64,000 bases of DNA, from assembly GCF_054482595.1 (NCBI RefSeq), contig NZ_CM137008.1; one strand, 5' to 3'. The position numbers and the translations under genes are program-made. Positions 45,005-56,169 of this stretch are shown in pieces. Position 1 is the stretch's first letter, and each line of letters starts with the position of its first letter. A model generated the notes under the pieces. That model saw nothing but the letters and a program-made list of their open reading frames with translations. It was not told where the DNA came from and ran no database searches.

Positions 45005-45436
45005 TTACGATTTCAACTGGTAATCCAGCGTAATTTCCGCTTTCAGTACCTGAGAGACCGGGCATCCTGCTTTTGCTTTCTGGATGATGCCGTCAAAGGT
45101 AGAGGCATCAATACCCGGCACCGCAACTTCACTCTTCAGTGCGATTTTCGTAATCGCAAAACCGGCATCCACTTTATCCAGCGACACATCGGCGGTGGTA
45201 TCAATCGATGTTGGCGTAAATCCCGCTTCCCCCAGCATTAATGAAAGCGCCATTGAGAAACATGCGGCATGCGCTGCGCCAATCAGTTCTTCAGGGTTAG
45301 TTCCTTTTTCGCCTTCAAAACGCGTGTTAAATCCATACGGCTGTTGGTTCAGCACACCACTCTCGGTGGATACTGTTCCCTTCCCGCGTTTGATATCGCC
45401 TTCCCAGTGTGCCTGACCTTTCTTATGGATTGTCAT
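45005..45436 (-). CDS. osmC: Osmotically inducible peroxiredoxin OsmC (143 aa)
   Basis: Translation MTIHKKGQAHWEGDIKRGKGTVSTESGVLNQQPYGFNTRFEGEKGTNPEELIGAAHAACF... Confidence 0.93.
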   Translation of the reverse strand: MTIHKKGQAHWEGDIKRGKGTVSTESGVLNQQPYGFNTRFEGEKGTNPEELIGAAHAACFSMALSLMLGEAGFTPTSIDTTADVSLDKVDAGFAITKIALKSEVAVPGIDASTFDGIIQKAKAGCPVSQVLKAEITLDYQLKS

Positions 45437-45781
45437 TGTTGCTCTCCTGTGGGCTTAAAAAGGAAATTATAGACTACGTGAGAAACAGCACGAGGATAAG
45501 CAGGATATTCCGAATAAAAATCCGGCAGAAATATTACTTCTGCACTTAAATTAAATTTCCACAATAGATAACCGGGAATATATAACCCAAGAGATATTGC
45601 ATTAATATTAATCAACTCACCACAATAATAATACCTATCAATATCATGAGGTTAAAATATAAAAATCATCAACCAGGACTAATCTTAACAACGAAGCGGC
45701 AAATATTTGCCATGCTGAATGTGCTTTATAAATCTGCGATCCGTAGCAGACACCATAAATACACAGACACGGAGAATCACT

Positions 45782-45997
45782 ATGTTTACTTATTATCAGG
45801 CAGAAAATTCAACAGCAGAACCCGCTCTGGTTAATGCCATTGAGCAAGGCCTTCGGGCAGAGCACGGTGTTGTCACTGAAGATGACATTCTCATGGAGCT
45901 GACCAAATGGGTGGAAGCTTCTGATAACGACATCCTCAGTGATATCTACCAGCAAACGATCAATTATGTGGTCAGTGGCCAGCACCCTACGCTTTAA
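45782..45997 (+). CDS. bdm: Biofilm-dependent modulation protein (71 aa)
   Basis: Translation MFTYYQAENSTAEPALVNAIEQGLRAEHGVVTEDDILMELTKWVEASDNDILSDIYQQTINYVVSGQHPTL inside a longer track ORF. Confidence 0.8.
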   Translation: MFTYYQAENSTAEPALVNAIEQGLRAEHGVVTEDDILMELTKWVEASDNDILSDIYQQTINYVVSGQHPTL

Positions 45998-46098
45998 GGT
46001 GCTATGCTTGATCGGCAACCTAATTTAGGGGTTTAGCACGTGTTTCTTCGCTACGGCGATGTTGTCCTTAAAACTAGCAACAGGATTGAGGAGTTAAA

Positions 46099-46236
46099 AT
46101 GAAATCGAACCGTCAGGCACGTCATATTCTTGGACTGGACCATAAAATTTCTAACCAGCGCAAAATAGTTACCGAAGGTGACAAATCCAGCGTGGTAAAT
46201 AATCCAACCGGCAGAAAACGCCCCGCTGAAAAGTAA
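46099..46236 (+). CDS. sra: Stationary-phase ribosome-associated protein Sra (45 aa); below the track length cut-off
   Basis: ATG with GGAG Shine-Dalgarno; translation [45 protein letters not shown]; followed by a terminator. Confidence 0.75.
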
Positions 46237-46265
46237 TTCATAACCATCAGTCCTCAATGACGATT

Positions 46266-46301
46266 AAACACCATTGCCTGCGCAATGGTGTTTTTGTTTT
46301 T
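46266..46301 (+). terminator. Intrinsic terminator after sra (AAACACCATTG...CAATGGTGTTT then T tract)
   Basis: Perfect hairpin followed by TTTTGTTTTT. Confidence 0.6.
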
Positions 46302-46392
46302 ATCTGCTTTATACTTGGGGCCGACGCCCTGGTGGTAAAGCAAAGACGATAAAAGCGTGCCAGGGATGGATATTCAAAAAAGAGTGAGTGAC

Positions 46393-48090
46393 ATGGAACC
46401 AAAAACAAAAAAACAGCGTTCGCTTTATATCCCTTACGCTGGCCCTGTACTGCTGGAATTTCCGTTGTTGAATAAAGGCAGTGCCTTCAGCATGGAAGAA
46501 CGCCGTAACTTCAACCTGCTGGGGTTACTGCCGGAAGTGGTCGAAACCATCGAAGAACAAGCGGAACGAGCATGGATCCAGTATCAGGGATTCAAAACCG
46601 AAATCGACAAACACATCTACCTGCGTAACATCCAGGACACTAACGAAACCCTCTTCTACCGTCTGGTAAACAATCATCTTGATGAGATGATGCCTGTTAT
46701 TTATACCCCAACCGTCGGCGCAGCCTGTGAGCGTTTTTCTGAGATCTACCGCCGTTCACGCGGCGTGTTTATCTCTTACCAGAACCGGCACAATATGGAC
46801 GATATTCTGCAAAACGTGCCGAACCATAATATTAAAGTGATTGTGGTGACTGACGGTGAACGTATTCTGGGGCTTGGTGACCAGGGCATCGGTGGGATGG
46901 GCATTCCAATCGGTAAACTGTCGCTCTATACCGCCTGTGGCGGCATCAGCCCGGCGTATACCCTTCCGGTGGTGCTGGATGTCGGGACCAACAACCAGCA
47001 GCTGCTTAACGATCCGCTGTATATGGGCTGGCGTAATCCACGTATCACTGACGATGAATACTATGAATTCGTTGATGAATTTATCCAGGCTGTGAAACAA
47101 CGCTGGCCGGACGTGCTGTTGCAGTTTGAAGACTTTGCTCAAAAAAATGCGATGCCGTTACTTAACCGCTATCGCAATGAAATTTGTTCTTTTAACGATG
47201 ACATTCAGGGCACTGCGGCGGTAACAGTCGGCACACTGATCGCAGCCAGCCGCGCGGCAGGTGGTCAGTTAAGCGAGAAAAAAATCGTCTTCCTTGGCGC
47301 AGGTTCAGCGGGATGCGGCATTGCCGAAATGATCATTTCCCAGACCCAGCGCGAAGGATTAAGCGAGGAAGCGGCGCGGCAGAAAGTCTTTATGGTCGAT
47401 CGCTTTGGCTTGCTGACCGACAAGATGCCGAACCTGCTGCCTTTCCAGACCAAACTGGTGCAGAAGCGCGAAAACCTCAGTGACTGGGATACCGACAGCG
47501 ATGTGTTGTCACTGCTGGATGTGGTGCGCAATGTAAAACCAGATATTCTGATTGGCGTCTCAGGACAGACCGGGCTGTTTACGGAAGAGATCATTCGTGA
47601 GATGCATAAACACTGTCCGCGTCCGATCGTGATGCCGCTGTCTAACCCGACGTCACGCGTGGAAGCCACACCGCAGGACATTATCGCCTGGACCGAAGGT
47701 AACGCGCTGGTCGCCACTGGCAGCCCGTTTAATCCAGTGGTATGGAAAGATAAAATCTACCCTATCGCCCAGTGTAACAACGCCTTTATTTTCCCGGGCA
47801 TCGGCCTGGGGGTTATTGCTTCCGGCGCGTCACGTATCACCGATGAGATGCTGATGTCGGCAAGTGAAACGCTTGCTCAGTATTCGCCGCTGGTCCTGAA
47901 CGGCGAAGGTCTGGTACTACCGGAACTGAAAGATATTCAGAAAGTCTCCCGCGCAATTGCGTTTGCGGTTGGCAAAATGGCGCAGCAGCAAGGCGTGGCG
48001 GTGAAAACGTCTGCCGAAGCTCTGCAACAGGCCATTGATGATAATTTCTGGCAAGCCGAATACCGCGACTACCGCCGTACCTCCATCTAA
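46393..48090 (+). CDS. maeA: NAD-dependent malic enzyme (565 aa)
   Basis: Translation [47 protein letters not shown]...; track ORF begins 12 codons upstream. Confidence 0.93.
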   Translation: MEPKTKKQRSLYIPYAGPVLLEFPLLNKGSAFSMEERRNFNLLGLLPEVVETIEEQAERAWIQYQGFKTEIDKHIYLRNIQDTNETLFYRLVNNHLDEMMPVIYTPTVGAACERFSEIYRRSRGVFISYQNRHNMDDILQNVPNHNIKVIVVTDGERILGLGDQGIGGMGIPIGKLSLYTACGGISPAYTLPVVLDVGTNNQQLLNDPLYMGWRNPRITDDEYYEFVDEFIQAVKQRWPDVLLQFEDFAQKNAMPLLNRYRNEICSFNDDIQGTAAVTVGTLIAASRAAGGQLSEKKIVFLGAGSAGCGIAEMIISQTQREGLSEEAARQKVFMVDRFGLLTDKMPNLLPFQTKLVQKRENLSDWDTDSDVLSLLDVVRNVKPDILIGVSGQTGLFTEEIIREMHKHCPRPIVMPLSNPTSRVEATPQDIIAWTEGNALVATGSPFNPVVWKDKIYPIAQCNNAFIFPGIGLGVIASGASRITDEMLMSASETLAQYSPLVLNGEGLVLPELKDIQKVSRAIAFAVGKMAQQQGVAVKTSAEALQQAIDDNFWQAEYRDYRRTSI

Positions 48091-48096
48091 GCCTGC

Positions 48097-48127
48097 GCCC
48101 GGTAGTGAAGGCTACCGGGCAATTTTC
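48097..48127 (+). terminator. Intrinsic terminator after maeA (GCCCGGTAG...CTACCGGGC then AATTTT)
   Basis: Perfect 9-bp stem. Confidence 0.55.
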
Positions 48128-48223
48128 CTCTCCCTTTTTCAGATCTCATCCATACTGGGTAGTGGCGAATAAATCTCATTTGCCTCACCTGCTATGCAGA
48201 ACATCATCCGAAAAGGAGGAACT

Positions 48224-49234
48224 ATGAAGGCTGCAGTTGTTACGAAGGATCATCATGTTGACGTTACGGATAAAACACTGCGCTCACTGAAACATGGCGA
48301 AGCCCTGCTGAAAATGGAGTGTTGTGGTGTATGTCATACCGATCTTCATGTTAAGAATGGCGATTTTGGTGACAAAACCGGCGTAATTCTGGGCCATGAA
48401 GGCATCGGTGTGGTGGCAGAAGTGGGTCCAGGTGTCACCTCATTAAAACCAGGCGATCGTGCCAGCGTGGCGTGGTTTTACGAAGGATGCGGTCATTGCG
48501 AATACTGTAACAGTGGTAACGAAACGCTCTGCCGTTCAGTTAAAAATGCCGGATACAGCGTTGATGGCGGGATGGCGGAAGAGTGCATCGTGGTCGCCGA
48601 TTACGCGGTAAAAGTGCCAGATGGTCTGGACTCGGCGGCGGCCAGCAGCATTACCTGTGCGGGGGTCACCACCTACAAAGCCGTTAAGCTGTCAAAAATT
48701 CGTCCCGGGCAGTGGATTGCTATCTACGGTCTTGGCGGTCTGGGTAACCTTGCCCTGCAATACGCGAAGAATGTCTTTAACGCGAAAGTGATCGCCATTG
48801 ATGTCAATGATGAGCAGTTAAAACTGGCAACCGAAATGGGTGCAGATTTAGCGATTAACTCACGCACCGAAGACGCCGCCAAAATTGTGCAGGAGAAAAC
48901 CGGTGGCGCTCACGCTGCGGTGGTAACAGCGGTAGCTAAAGCTGCGTTTAACTCGGCAGTTGATGCTGTCCGTGCAGGTGGGCGTGTTGTGGCAGTCGGT
49001 CTGCCGCCGGAGTCTATGAGCCTGGATATCCCACGCCTTGTGCTGGATGGCATTGAAGTGGTCGGTTCGCTGGTCGGCACGCGCCAGGATCTAACCGAAG
49101 CCTTCCAGTTTGCCGCCGAAGGCAAAGTGGTGCCGAAAGTCGCCCTGCGTCCGTTAGCGGACATCAACACCATCTTTACCGAGATGGAAGAAGGCAAAAT
49201 CCGTGGCCGAATGGTGATTGATTTCCGCCGCTAA
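48224..49234 (+). CDS. adhP: Zn-dependent alcohol dehydrogenase, propanol-preferring (336 aa)
   Basis: Translation [42 protein letters not shown]...; zinc ligand motifs. Confidence 0.93.
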   Translation: MKAAVVTKDHHVDVTDKTLRSLKHGEALLKMECCGVCHTDLHVKNGDFGDKTGVILGHEGIGVVAEVGPGVTSLKPGDRASVAWFYEGCGHCEYCNSGNETLCRSVKNAGYSVDGGMAEECIVVADYAVKVPDGLDSAAASSITCAGVTTYKAVKLSKIRPGQWIAIYGLGGLGNLALQYAKNVFNAKVIAIDVNDEQLKLATEMGADLAINSRTEDAAKIVQEKTGGAHAAVVTAVAKAAFNSAVDAVRAGGRVVAVGLPPESMSLDIPRLVLDGIEVVGSLVGTRQDLTEAFQFAAEGKVVPKVALRPLADINTIFTEMEEGKIRGRMVIDFRR

Positions 49235-49380
49235 GAGGCCTTTGCTGCGACTGCCAGTCCTGGTGTCGCAGCATCGCACACTCTCCAACATGAAATGGCT
49301 AAATGGATTATTGTTGCGTAGGAAGGAACAATAATGATAGTGTTCCCAGAGAAGGAACGCTACTGAGAGTAAAGACACTA

Positions 49381-49665
49381 ATGAAAATGGCCAATCATCC
49401 CCGCCCGGGGGACATTATTCAGGAATCACTGGACGAACTTAATGTCAGCCTGCGCGAGTTTGCCAGAGCAATGGAAATTGCGCCCTCAACGGCAAGCCGA
49501 TTGCTGACCGGAAAAGCAGCTTTGACGCCAGAAATGGCAATTAAACTTTCCGTGGTGATCGGCAGTTCGCCGCAAATGTGGCTGAATCTGCAAAACGCCT
49601 GGAGTCTGGCAGAGGCTGAAAAAACGGTGGATGTGTCACGATTACGCCGTCTGGTTACGCAATAA
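49381..49665 (+). CDS. yddM: HigA-family Xre HTH protein without an adjacent toxin gene (94 aa)
   Basis: Translation [74 protein letters not shown]...; only about 146 bp separates it from adhP. Confidence 0.8.
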
Positions 49666-49717
49666 AAAAATGGCACCTTATAAAGCGCCATTTGAAACTG
49701 ATGACAAACGCAACATT

Positions 49718-49830
49718 GCCTGATGCGCTACGCTTATCAGGCCTACACGTTCACTGCAATCTATTGGATTTGAACGGTTTGTAGGCCGGATAAGGCGTTC
49801 ACGCCGCATCCGGCATGAACAAAGCCTACG
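49718..49830. repeat. REP/BIME cluster between convergent yddM and fdnI
   Basis: REP-like palindromes GCCTGATGCGCTACGCTTATCAGGCCTAC and GTAGGCCGGATAAGGCGTTCACGCCGCATCCGGC, flanked by hairpins at approx 49667-49695 and 49853-49878 that can serve as terminators. Confidence 0.75.
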
Positions 49831-49893
49831 TTGTCTACAATATGAAAATGGCGCTTCTTATAGCGCCATTTTCAGCTTAAAGTTCAAAAGAGA

Positions 49894-50547
49894 TTATATC
49901 CCTTCTTCACTCTCTTTTTTCGCTTCTGCCTTCTCGATTTCACGATACCAGCGTGGATGGTGTTTCTTCGCCCAGCGACGGCTCACCTTCCCTTCGATCA
50001 TCCCTTTAATCGATCCTTTCACCCAAAATGCCATATACATATGGATCAGGATGGCGTGGATCAGGATGATACCCGCAGCCGCGTGGATCAGCAGGCTATA
50101 ACGGACAACCTGCATCGGGAAGTACTGCGCAAAGTACGGACGCCAGATAATCACCCCGGTCACCAACAGCACGAAAATCATGCTCATGATCGACCAGAAC
50201 ATCATCTTTTGCCCGGCGTTGTACTTACCGACATCCGCCACTTTGTGCTCATTGCCTTTTAATACTTCGACAATGTTCAACAGCCACGGAATATCTTTCT
50301 TATCCGGGATGTTGTGATGCACAAAACGCACAAACATAAACATCAGTGCGACGAAAATCGCAATGCCGAAGAATGGGTGCAAAATACGTCCCATCTGCGG
50401 CGTACCGAAGGTTTGCGTCAGCCATTGCAGCGTCGGGAAGAAGAACGAAATCCCGGACAGCGCCACCAGGAAGAAGCAAATCACCACGGTCCAGTGACAG
50501 GCGCGATCAATAAATTTGGTGCGCACAATCATTTTCGACTTACTCAT
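49894..50547 (-). CDS. fdnI: Formate dehydrogenase-N gamma subunit, cytochrome b556 (217 aa)
   Basis: Translation [32 protein letters not shown]...; start overlaps the fdnH stop. Confidence 0.93.
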
Positions 50548-51424
50548 GATGATCCTCCTCGTCATCGTCCACTTCCTTATTCGGGCCAATACCGATGTAG
50601 TGGAAAATCAACCCGGCAAAAGTGGCAATAAAGCCAGCCGCTGCCAGCGGTTTCAACGCGCCTTTCCACAGGCTTACCGAGGTGTCGATCTTCGGATCTT
50701 TCGGCAGACCGTGATACAGCTCCGGCTGATCGGCGTGATGCAGCACGTACATAACGTGCGTACCACCGACCCCTTCCGGGTTGTAGACGCCAGCATGTTC
50801 GTAACCACGCGCTTTCAGTTTCGCCACGCGCTGTTCCGCCAGCTCCAGCATCTCCTTCTTGGTGCCGAAGTGGATAGCCCCGGTCGGACAGGTTTTCACA
50901 CAAGCCGGTTCCTGGCCGACGCTGACGCGATCGACGCAGAGCGTGCATTTATATACCCGGTTATCCTCTTTGTTGAGGCGCGGAATATTAAACGGACACC
51001 CGGCAATGCAGTAACCACAGCCGATGCAGTTTTCCGACTGGAAATCGACAATCCCGTTAGCGTACTGAATGATTGCACCAGCAGACGGGCACGCCTTCAG
51101 GCAGCCGGGATCTTCACAGTGCATACAGCCGTCTTTACGGATCAGCCACTCCAGCTTGCCGTTCTGTTCGGTTTCGCTAAAGCGCATCACCGTCCAGGAC
51201 TTGGCGCTCAGATCGGCGGGGTTATCGTAAACCCCGACGCAGTGCCCCACTTCATCACGGATGTCGTTCCACTCCGAACACGCCACCTGACAGGCTTTAC
51301 AGCCGATACAGGTGGAAACGTCGATAAGTTTTGCGACTTCTGCTTTGTAATCACGCACCTGAGAAGGCGGCGTGATGGAGTTAGTTGCGGACCTTTTGAT
51401 AATGTCCTGCGTTTCCATAGCCAT
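50540..51424 (-). CDS. fdnH: Formate dehydrogenase-N beta subunit, 4x[4Fe-4S] ferredoxin (294 aa)
   Basis: Four CxxCxxCxxxCP clusters and C-terminal membrane anchor. Confidence 0.93.
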   Translation of the reverse strand: MAMETQDIIKRSATNSITPPSQVRDYKAEVAKLIDVSTCIGCKACQVACSEWNDIRDEVGHCVGVYDNPADLSAKSWTVMRFSETEQNGKLEWLIRKDGCMHCEDPGCLKACPSAGAIIQYANGIVDFQSENCIGCGYCIAGCPFNIPRLNKEDNRVYKCTLCVDRVSVGQEPACVKTCPTGAIHFGTKKEMLELAEQRVAKLKARGYEHAGVYNPEGVGGTHVMYVLHHADQPELYHGLPKDPKIDTSVSLWKGALKPLAAAGFIATFAGLIFHYIGIGPNKEVDDDEEDHHE

Positions 51425-51436
51425 CTGTTCGCCCCC

Positions 51437-54400
51437 TTACGCCTTCTCGATGTTGACTAAGAACGCTTTATATTCCGGCGTTTGCGAGTTTGCATCACCG
51501 ACATTCGGCGTCAGAGTGTTAGCGATATAACCTTTACGCGCGACACCCTCAAAGCCCCAGTGGATTGGAATACCCACCGTTTCAACCTGCTGACCATTTA
51601 CATTCAGTGGTTTCAGACGACGCGTTACCACAGCCACCGCGCGGATAAAGCCACGCTTGCTTGAGACAGTGACACGATCGCCATTATTAATGCCTTTCGC
51701 CGCCGCCAGCGTTTCGCTGATTTCCACAAACTGTTCCGGCTGAGCAATTGCGTTGAGCAATGCGTGCTTGGTCCAGGTGTGGAAGTGCTCGGTCAGACGA
51801 TAGGTCGTACCCACATACGGGAACTGCTCTTTTTTACCCATCCGCAGTGCGTCTTGTTCATACAGACGAACAACCGGGTTAGACACCACGTTCGGATGCA
51901 GCGGGTTAGTGCCCAGCGGCGTTTCAATCGGCTCGTAGTGTTCCGGGAACGGACCTTCCGCCATTTTGTTGATGGCAAACAGGCGTCCCATCCCTTCCGG
52001 CTGCATGATAAACGGCCCGGTTGGCGTACCCGGTGCGGCATTGCCGAAGTCAGGAATATCGTTACCCGTCCACTTGCTGCCGTTCCACTGGATCAGCATC
52101 CGTTTCGGATCCCACGGTTTACCGTTGATATCCGCCGAAGCACGGTTGTACAGCACGCGACGGTTGAGCGGCCACGCCCAGGCCCATCCCAGCGTATTCC
52201 CCAGACCGGACGGGTCGGAGTTATCGCGGTTAGCCATCTGGTTGCCCTGCTCTGTCCAGCTACCGGTGTAGATCCAGCAAGAAGATGCGGTTGTACCGTC
52301 ATCACGCAGATGCGCAAAGCTACTCAGCAACTGACCTTTCTTCGCAATCAGCACGCCATTAGCATCATAGAGATCTTCCAGCGCATAGCCGTTGTTCTCT
52401 TTAGCTACTTCGTCAGATTGCGGTTCGTGCGGCTGCTTGTAGTTCCAGCTCATCTTCATCAGCGGTTCTACGCCTTTACCACCTTCGGCCTGGTACAGCT
52501 CGCGCAGGTGATGGTAGATACCCGCCAGAATTTCACCGTCGTTACGCGCTTCGCCCGGCGCATCCTGACCTTTCCAGTGCCACTGCAGCCAGCGACCGGA
52601 GTTAGCAATAGAACCATCTTCTTCAGCAAAGCAGGTCGAAGGCAGACGGAATACTTCAGTCTGAATAGACGCCGGATCGACATCGTTCGACTCGCCGTGG
52701 TTCTGCCAGAAGGTTGAGGTTTCAGTCACCAGCGGATCGATAACCACCATGTACTTCAGCTTGCTTAGGCAGCTCACCACTTTGTTTTTGTCCGGGAAGG
52801 ACGCAACCGGGTTAAAGCCCTGGCAGAAATAACCGGTGACTTTGCCTTCATCCATCATGTTGAAATACTTGATGACGTCGTAGGTCTGGTCCCACTTCGG
52901 CAGCCAGTCATAGCCCCAGTTGTTCTCTTTCTGCGCGGCATCGCCATAGAAAGATTTCATCAGGCTAACGAAGAACTTCGGATAGTTGCTCCAGTAGTTC
53001 ACCTGACCAGCCAGCGTCGCTTTCGGCGTGTTCGCTTCCAGATACGACTGCAAATCAACCTGTTTTTCTGACGGCAGCGTCAGATAACCTGGCAGGCTGG
53101 TAGAGAGCAGACCTAAGTCAGTCAGACCCTGAATGTTGGAGTGACCACGCAATGCATTCACGCCGCCACCGGCCATACCCATGTTACCGAGCAGCAACTG
53201 GATCATCGCCATAGTACGGATGTTCTGCGCACCCACGGTGTGCTGCGTCCAGCCCAGCGCGTACAGGAAGGTGGTTGTGCGATTCGGTGCGCTGGTGGAG
53301 GCCAGCACTTCACACACTTTCAGGAAGTCGGCTTTTGGCGTACCACAGATGTTTTCAACAACGTCCGGCGTGTAGCGGGAAACGTGCGCTTTCAGCAGGT
53401 TCCACACACAGCGCGGATGAGTCAGTGTTTCATCGCGTTTCGCATAGCCGTTTTCATCGAACTGATAGTTCCAGGACGATTTATCGTATTGCCGTTTTTC
53501 AGCGTCGTAGCCGCTGAACAGACCGTCTTCGAAAGCAAAATCATCACGCACCAGCAGGCTGGCGTTGGTGTAATGCTTAACGTATTCGGCGTTGATTTTG
53601 TCGTTTTCGATCAGGTAGCGCAAAACGCCAGACAGGAACGTAATGTCCGTACCGGAACGAATAGGTGCGTAAATATCCGCCACAGAAGCGGTACGCGTAA
53701 AACGAGGATCGACAACGATCAAGGTTGCATCGTTGTTGTTTTTCGCTTCCATCGCCCAGCGGAAACCGACGGGATGCGCTTCAGCAGCGTTACCGCCCAT
53801 TACCATTACGACGTTAGCGTTTTTGATATCCACCCAGTGGTTGGTCATCGCACCGCGACCAAATGTTGGAGCAAGACTTGCTACCGTTGGTCCGTGTCAG
53901 ACGCGCGCCTGGTTGTCTACCGCCAGCATCCCGAGGGAGCGGGCAAATTTCTGTGTCAGCATCCCGGTTTCGTTGCTGGCACCGGAGGCACACAGCATAC
54001 CGGTAGAAAGCCAACGGTTTACCGTTACGCCCTGCTCGTTCTTTTCAATAAAGTTAGCGTCACGGTCAGCTTTCATCAGCTTTGCAATACGGGAGAATGC
54101 TTCTTCCCAGCTAATGCGCTGCCATTTGTCAGAACCTGGCGCACGATATTCCGGGTAGCGCAGACGGTTTTCGCTGTTGACGTAATCCAGCAAACCGGCC
54201 CCTTTTGGGCACAGCGCACCACGGCTTACCGGATGATCCGGGTCACCTTCAATGTGATAAATCGCTTCTCTGGCGTTTTTCGCGCCATCACCCAGGCTAT
54301 ACATCAATAGCCCGCAACCTACGGAACAGTATGTGCAGGTGTTACGGATCTCTTTAGCGCGTAATAATTTGTAGTTTCGCGCCTGAGCCAGTGCTTGCTT

Positions 54401-54484
54401 CGGGGCAAAGCCCAATGCCGCTACCGTTGTTCCAGCCATACCGCCCGCGCAGATTTTAAAAAATTGTCTGCGACTGACGTCCAT
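51437..54484 (-). CDS. fdnG: Formate dehydrogenase-N alpha subunit, selenoprotein (1015 aa) with in-frame UGA (Sec) at codon 196 (plus-strand 53897-53899)
   Basis: Track ORFs 53897-54484 and 51437-53848 are in the same frame, separated only by one TGA; N-terminal Tat motif SRRQFFK; molybdopterin domains. Confidence 0.92.
53855..53896 (-). other. Candidate SECIS stem-loop directly 3-prime of the fdnG UGA
   Basis: mRNA segment immediately after UGA contains the hairpin GCAAGUCUUGC at the position expected for a bacterial SECIS. Confidence 0.55.
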
Positions 54485-54548
54485 TGCTTTCCTCTTTTTT
54501 CAGGGGTATTACTGCGCGAGGAAACTAACAGTAAAATTCTGAATCTTT

Positions 54549-54625
54549 TTGCGCGAAATCAAAAAGAACACGTGTTTGCCACAAAATAATCCGCCTGCGC
54601 AAATTGACCTACCTCAATAGCGGTA
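54549..54625 (-). promoter_or_regulatory. fdnG promoter region: FNR-like site (TTGCGCGAAATCAA, approx 54549-54562) and NarL 7-2-7 heptamer pair (TACCTCA-AT-AGCGGTA, approx 54610-54625)
   Basis: Matches to TTGAT-N4-ATCAA and TACYYMT consensus in the fdnG/yddG divergent intergenic region. Confidence 0.5.
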
Positions 54626-54715
54626 GAAAAACGCACCACTGCCTGACAGGCCAGTTAAAAAAATGCTATAAAATTCAGCTTAATTTTTAACGGCAAGAGA
54701 GACAAAACAGCGAGC

Positions 54716-55597
54716 ATGACACGACAAAAAGCAACGCTCATAGGGCTAATAGCGATCGTCCTGTGGAGCACGATGGTAGGATTGATTCGCGGTGTCAGCG
54801 AGGGGCTCGGCCCGGTCGGCGGCGCAGCTGCTATCTATTCATTAAGCGGGCTGCTGTTAATCTTCACGGTTGGATTTCCGCGTATTCGGCAGATTCCGAA
54901 AGGCTATTTACTCGCCGGGAGTCTGTTATTCGTCAGCTATGAAATCTGTCTGGCGCTTTCCTTAGGGTATGCGGCGACCCGTCATCAGGCGATTGAAGTG
55001 GGTATGGTGAACTATCTATGGCCCAGCCTGACAATTCTCTTTGCCATTCTGTTTAATGGTCAGAAAACCAACTGGCTGATTGTACCAGGATTATTATTAG
55101 CCCTGGTCGGCGTCTGCTGGGTGTTAGGCGGTGATAATGGGTTACATTATGATGAAATCATCAATAATATTACCACCAGCCCATTGAGTTATTTCCTGGC
55201 GTTTATTGGTGCGTTTATCTGGGCAGCCTATTGCACAGTAACGAATAAATACGCACGCGGATTTAACGGAATTACCGTTTTTGTCCTGCTAACGGGAGCA
55301 AGTCTGTGGGTTTACTATTTTCTCACGCCACAACCAGAAATGGTATTTAGCACGCCCGTCATGATTAAACTCATCTCTGCGGCATTTACCTTAGGATTTG
55401 CTTATGCTGCATGGAATGTCGGTATATTGCATGGCAATGTCACCATAATGGCGGTAGGCTCGTATTTTACACCTGTACTTTCCTCAGCGCTTGCAGCCGT
55501 GCTGCTCAGCGCCCCACTGTCGTTCTCGTTCTGGCAAGGCGCGCTAATGGTCTGCGGCGGTTCCCTGCTCTGCTGGCTGGCGACACGTCGTGGTTAA
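54716..55597 (+). CDS. yddG: DMT-family aromatic amino acid exporter (293 aa)
   Basis: 10-TM EamA-like membrane protein of expected length. Confidence 0.88.
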   Translation: MTRQKATLIGLIAIVLWSTMVGLIRGVSEGLGPVGGAAAIYSLSGLLLIFTVGFPRIRQIPKGYLLAGSLLFVSYEICLALSLGYAATRHQAIEVGMVNYLWPSLTILFAILFNGQKTNWLIVPGLLLALVGVCWVLGGDNGLHYDEIINNITTSPLSYFLAFIGAFIWAAYCTVTNKYARGFNGITVFVLLTGASLWVYYFLTPQPEMVFSTPVMIKLISAAFTLGFAYAAWNVGILHGNVTIMAVGSYFTPVLSSALAAVLLSAPLSFSFWQGALMVCGGSLLCWLATRRG

Positions 55598-55602
55598 AAT
55601 AA

Positions 55603-55626
55603 TTGCCGGGTCTACGGCCCGGCAGT
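55603..55626 (+). terminator. Hairpin after yddG (TGCCGGG...CCCGGCA)
   Basis: 7-bp perfect stem directly after the stop. Confidence 0.4.
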
Positions 55627-55855
55627 TAATCAGATAAATTCCGACAATATTAAAAAATAAATTTCAAATACCAGTAATTCACCTTATATCTCATTTCGAC
55701 TTCGATCACATATCGATAAATAATATTATTTCATCTATTTTTCTCATTGTTTTTAATCACCATTCTATTTTAAAAACAGTATGTCATTTATAAATGACGC
55801 CGTTTAAAATTCGTTTAGAAAATACGTTTAACGATAATTAAAAGGATTCTGTTAA

Positions 55856-56146
55856 ATGAAATTAAAAATAGTTGCGGTGGTTGTAACTGGTTTGTTAGCT
55901 GCGAACGTAGCACACGCTGCCGAAGTCTATAACAAGGATGGTAATAAACTCGACCTTTATGGCAAGGTTACCGCTCTACGTTATTTTACTGATGATAAGC
56001 GTGAAGATGGTGATAAAACTTATGCCCGTCTCGGCTTTAAAGGAGAAACGCAAATCAATGATCAAATGATTGGTTTTGGTCACTGGGAATATGATTTTAA
56101 AGGCTATAACGATGAAGCCAACGGCTCGCGCGGCAAGAATCTCTGA
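55856..56146 (+). pseudogene. yddL: OmpC/PhoE-type porin N-terminal fragment (96 codons)
   Basis: Translation [38 protein letters not shown]... is a porin signal peptide and first strands, then terminates. Confidence 0.75.
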
Positions 56147-56169
56147 TTGAGTTAAGTGCCCATCACAAT

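Noticed and set aside
46099-46236. Apparent 1-bp insertion (CCC run) giving a premature stop in sra
   Set aside because: Codon-by-codon tracking against the ORF-track frame anchors showed I had slipped one base when reading across a line break; the 45-codon ORF is intact from ATG 46099 to TAA 46234-46236
49235-49380. Possible HigB-like toxin gene upstream of yddM
   Set aside because: Only about 146 bp are available and no frame encodes a plausible toxin; treated as absent
50516-51460. 314-aa plus-strand ORF antisense to fdnH
   Set aside because: Overlaps the ferredoxin-subunit gene fdnH, whose four Cys clusters make the minus-strand reading unambiguous
53141-54310. 389-aa plus-strand ORF and several others antisense to fdnG
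   Set aside because: They fully overlap the well-supported fdnG selenoprotein gene on the opposite strand; the arginine/cysteine-rich translations are typical antisense artefacts
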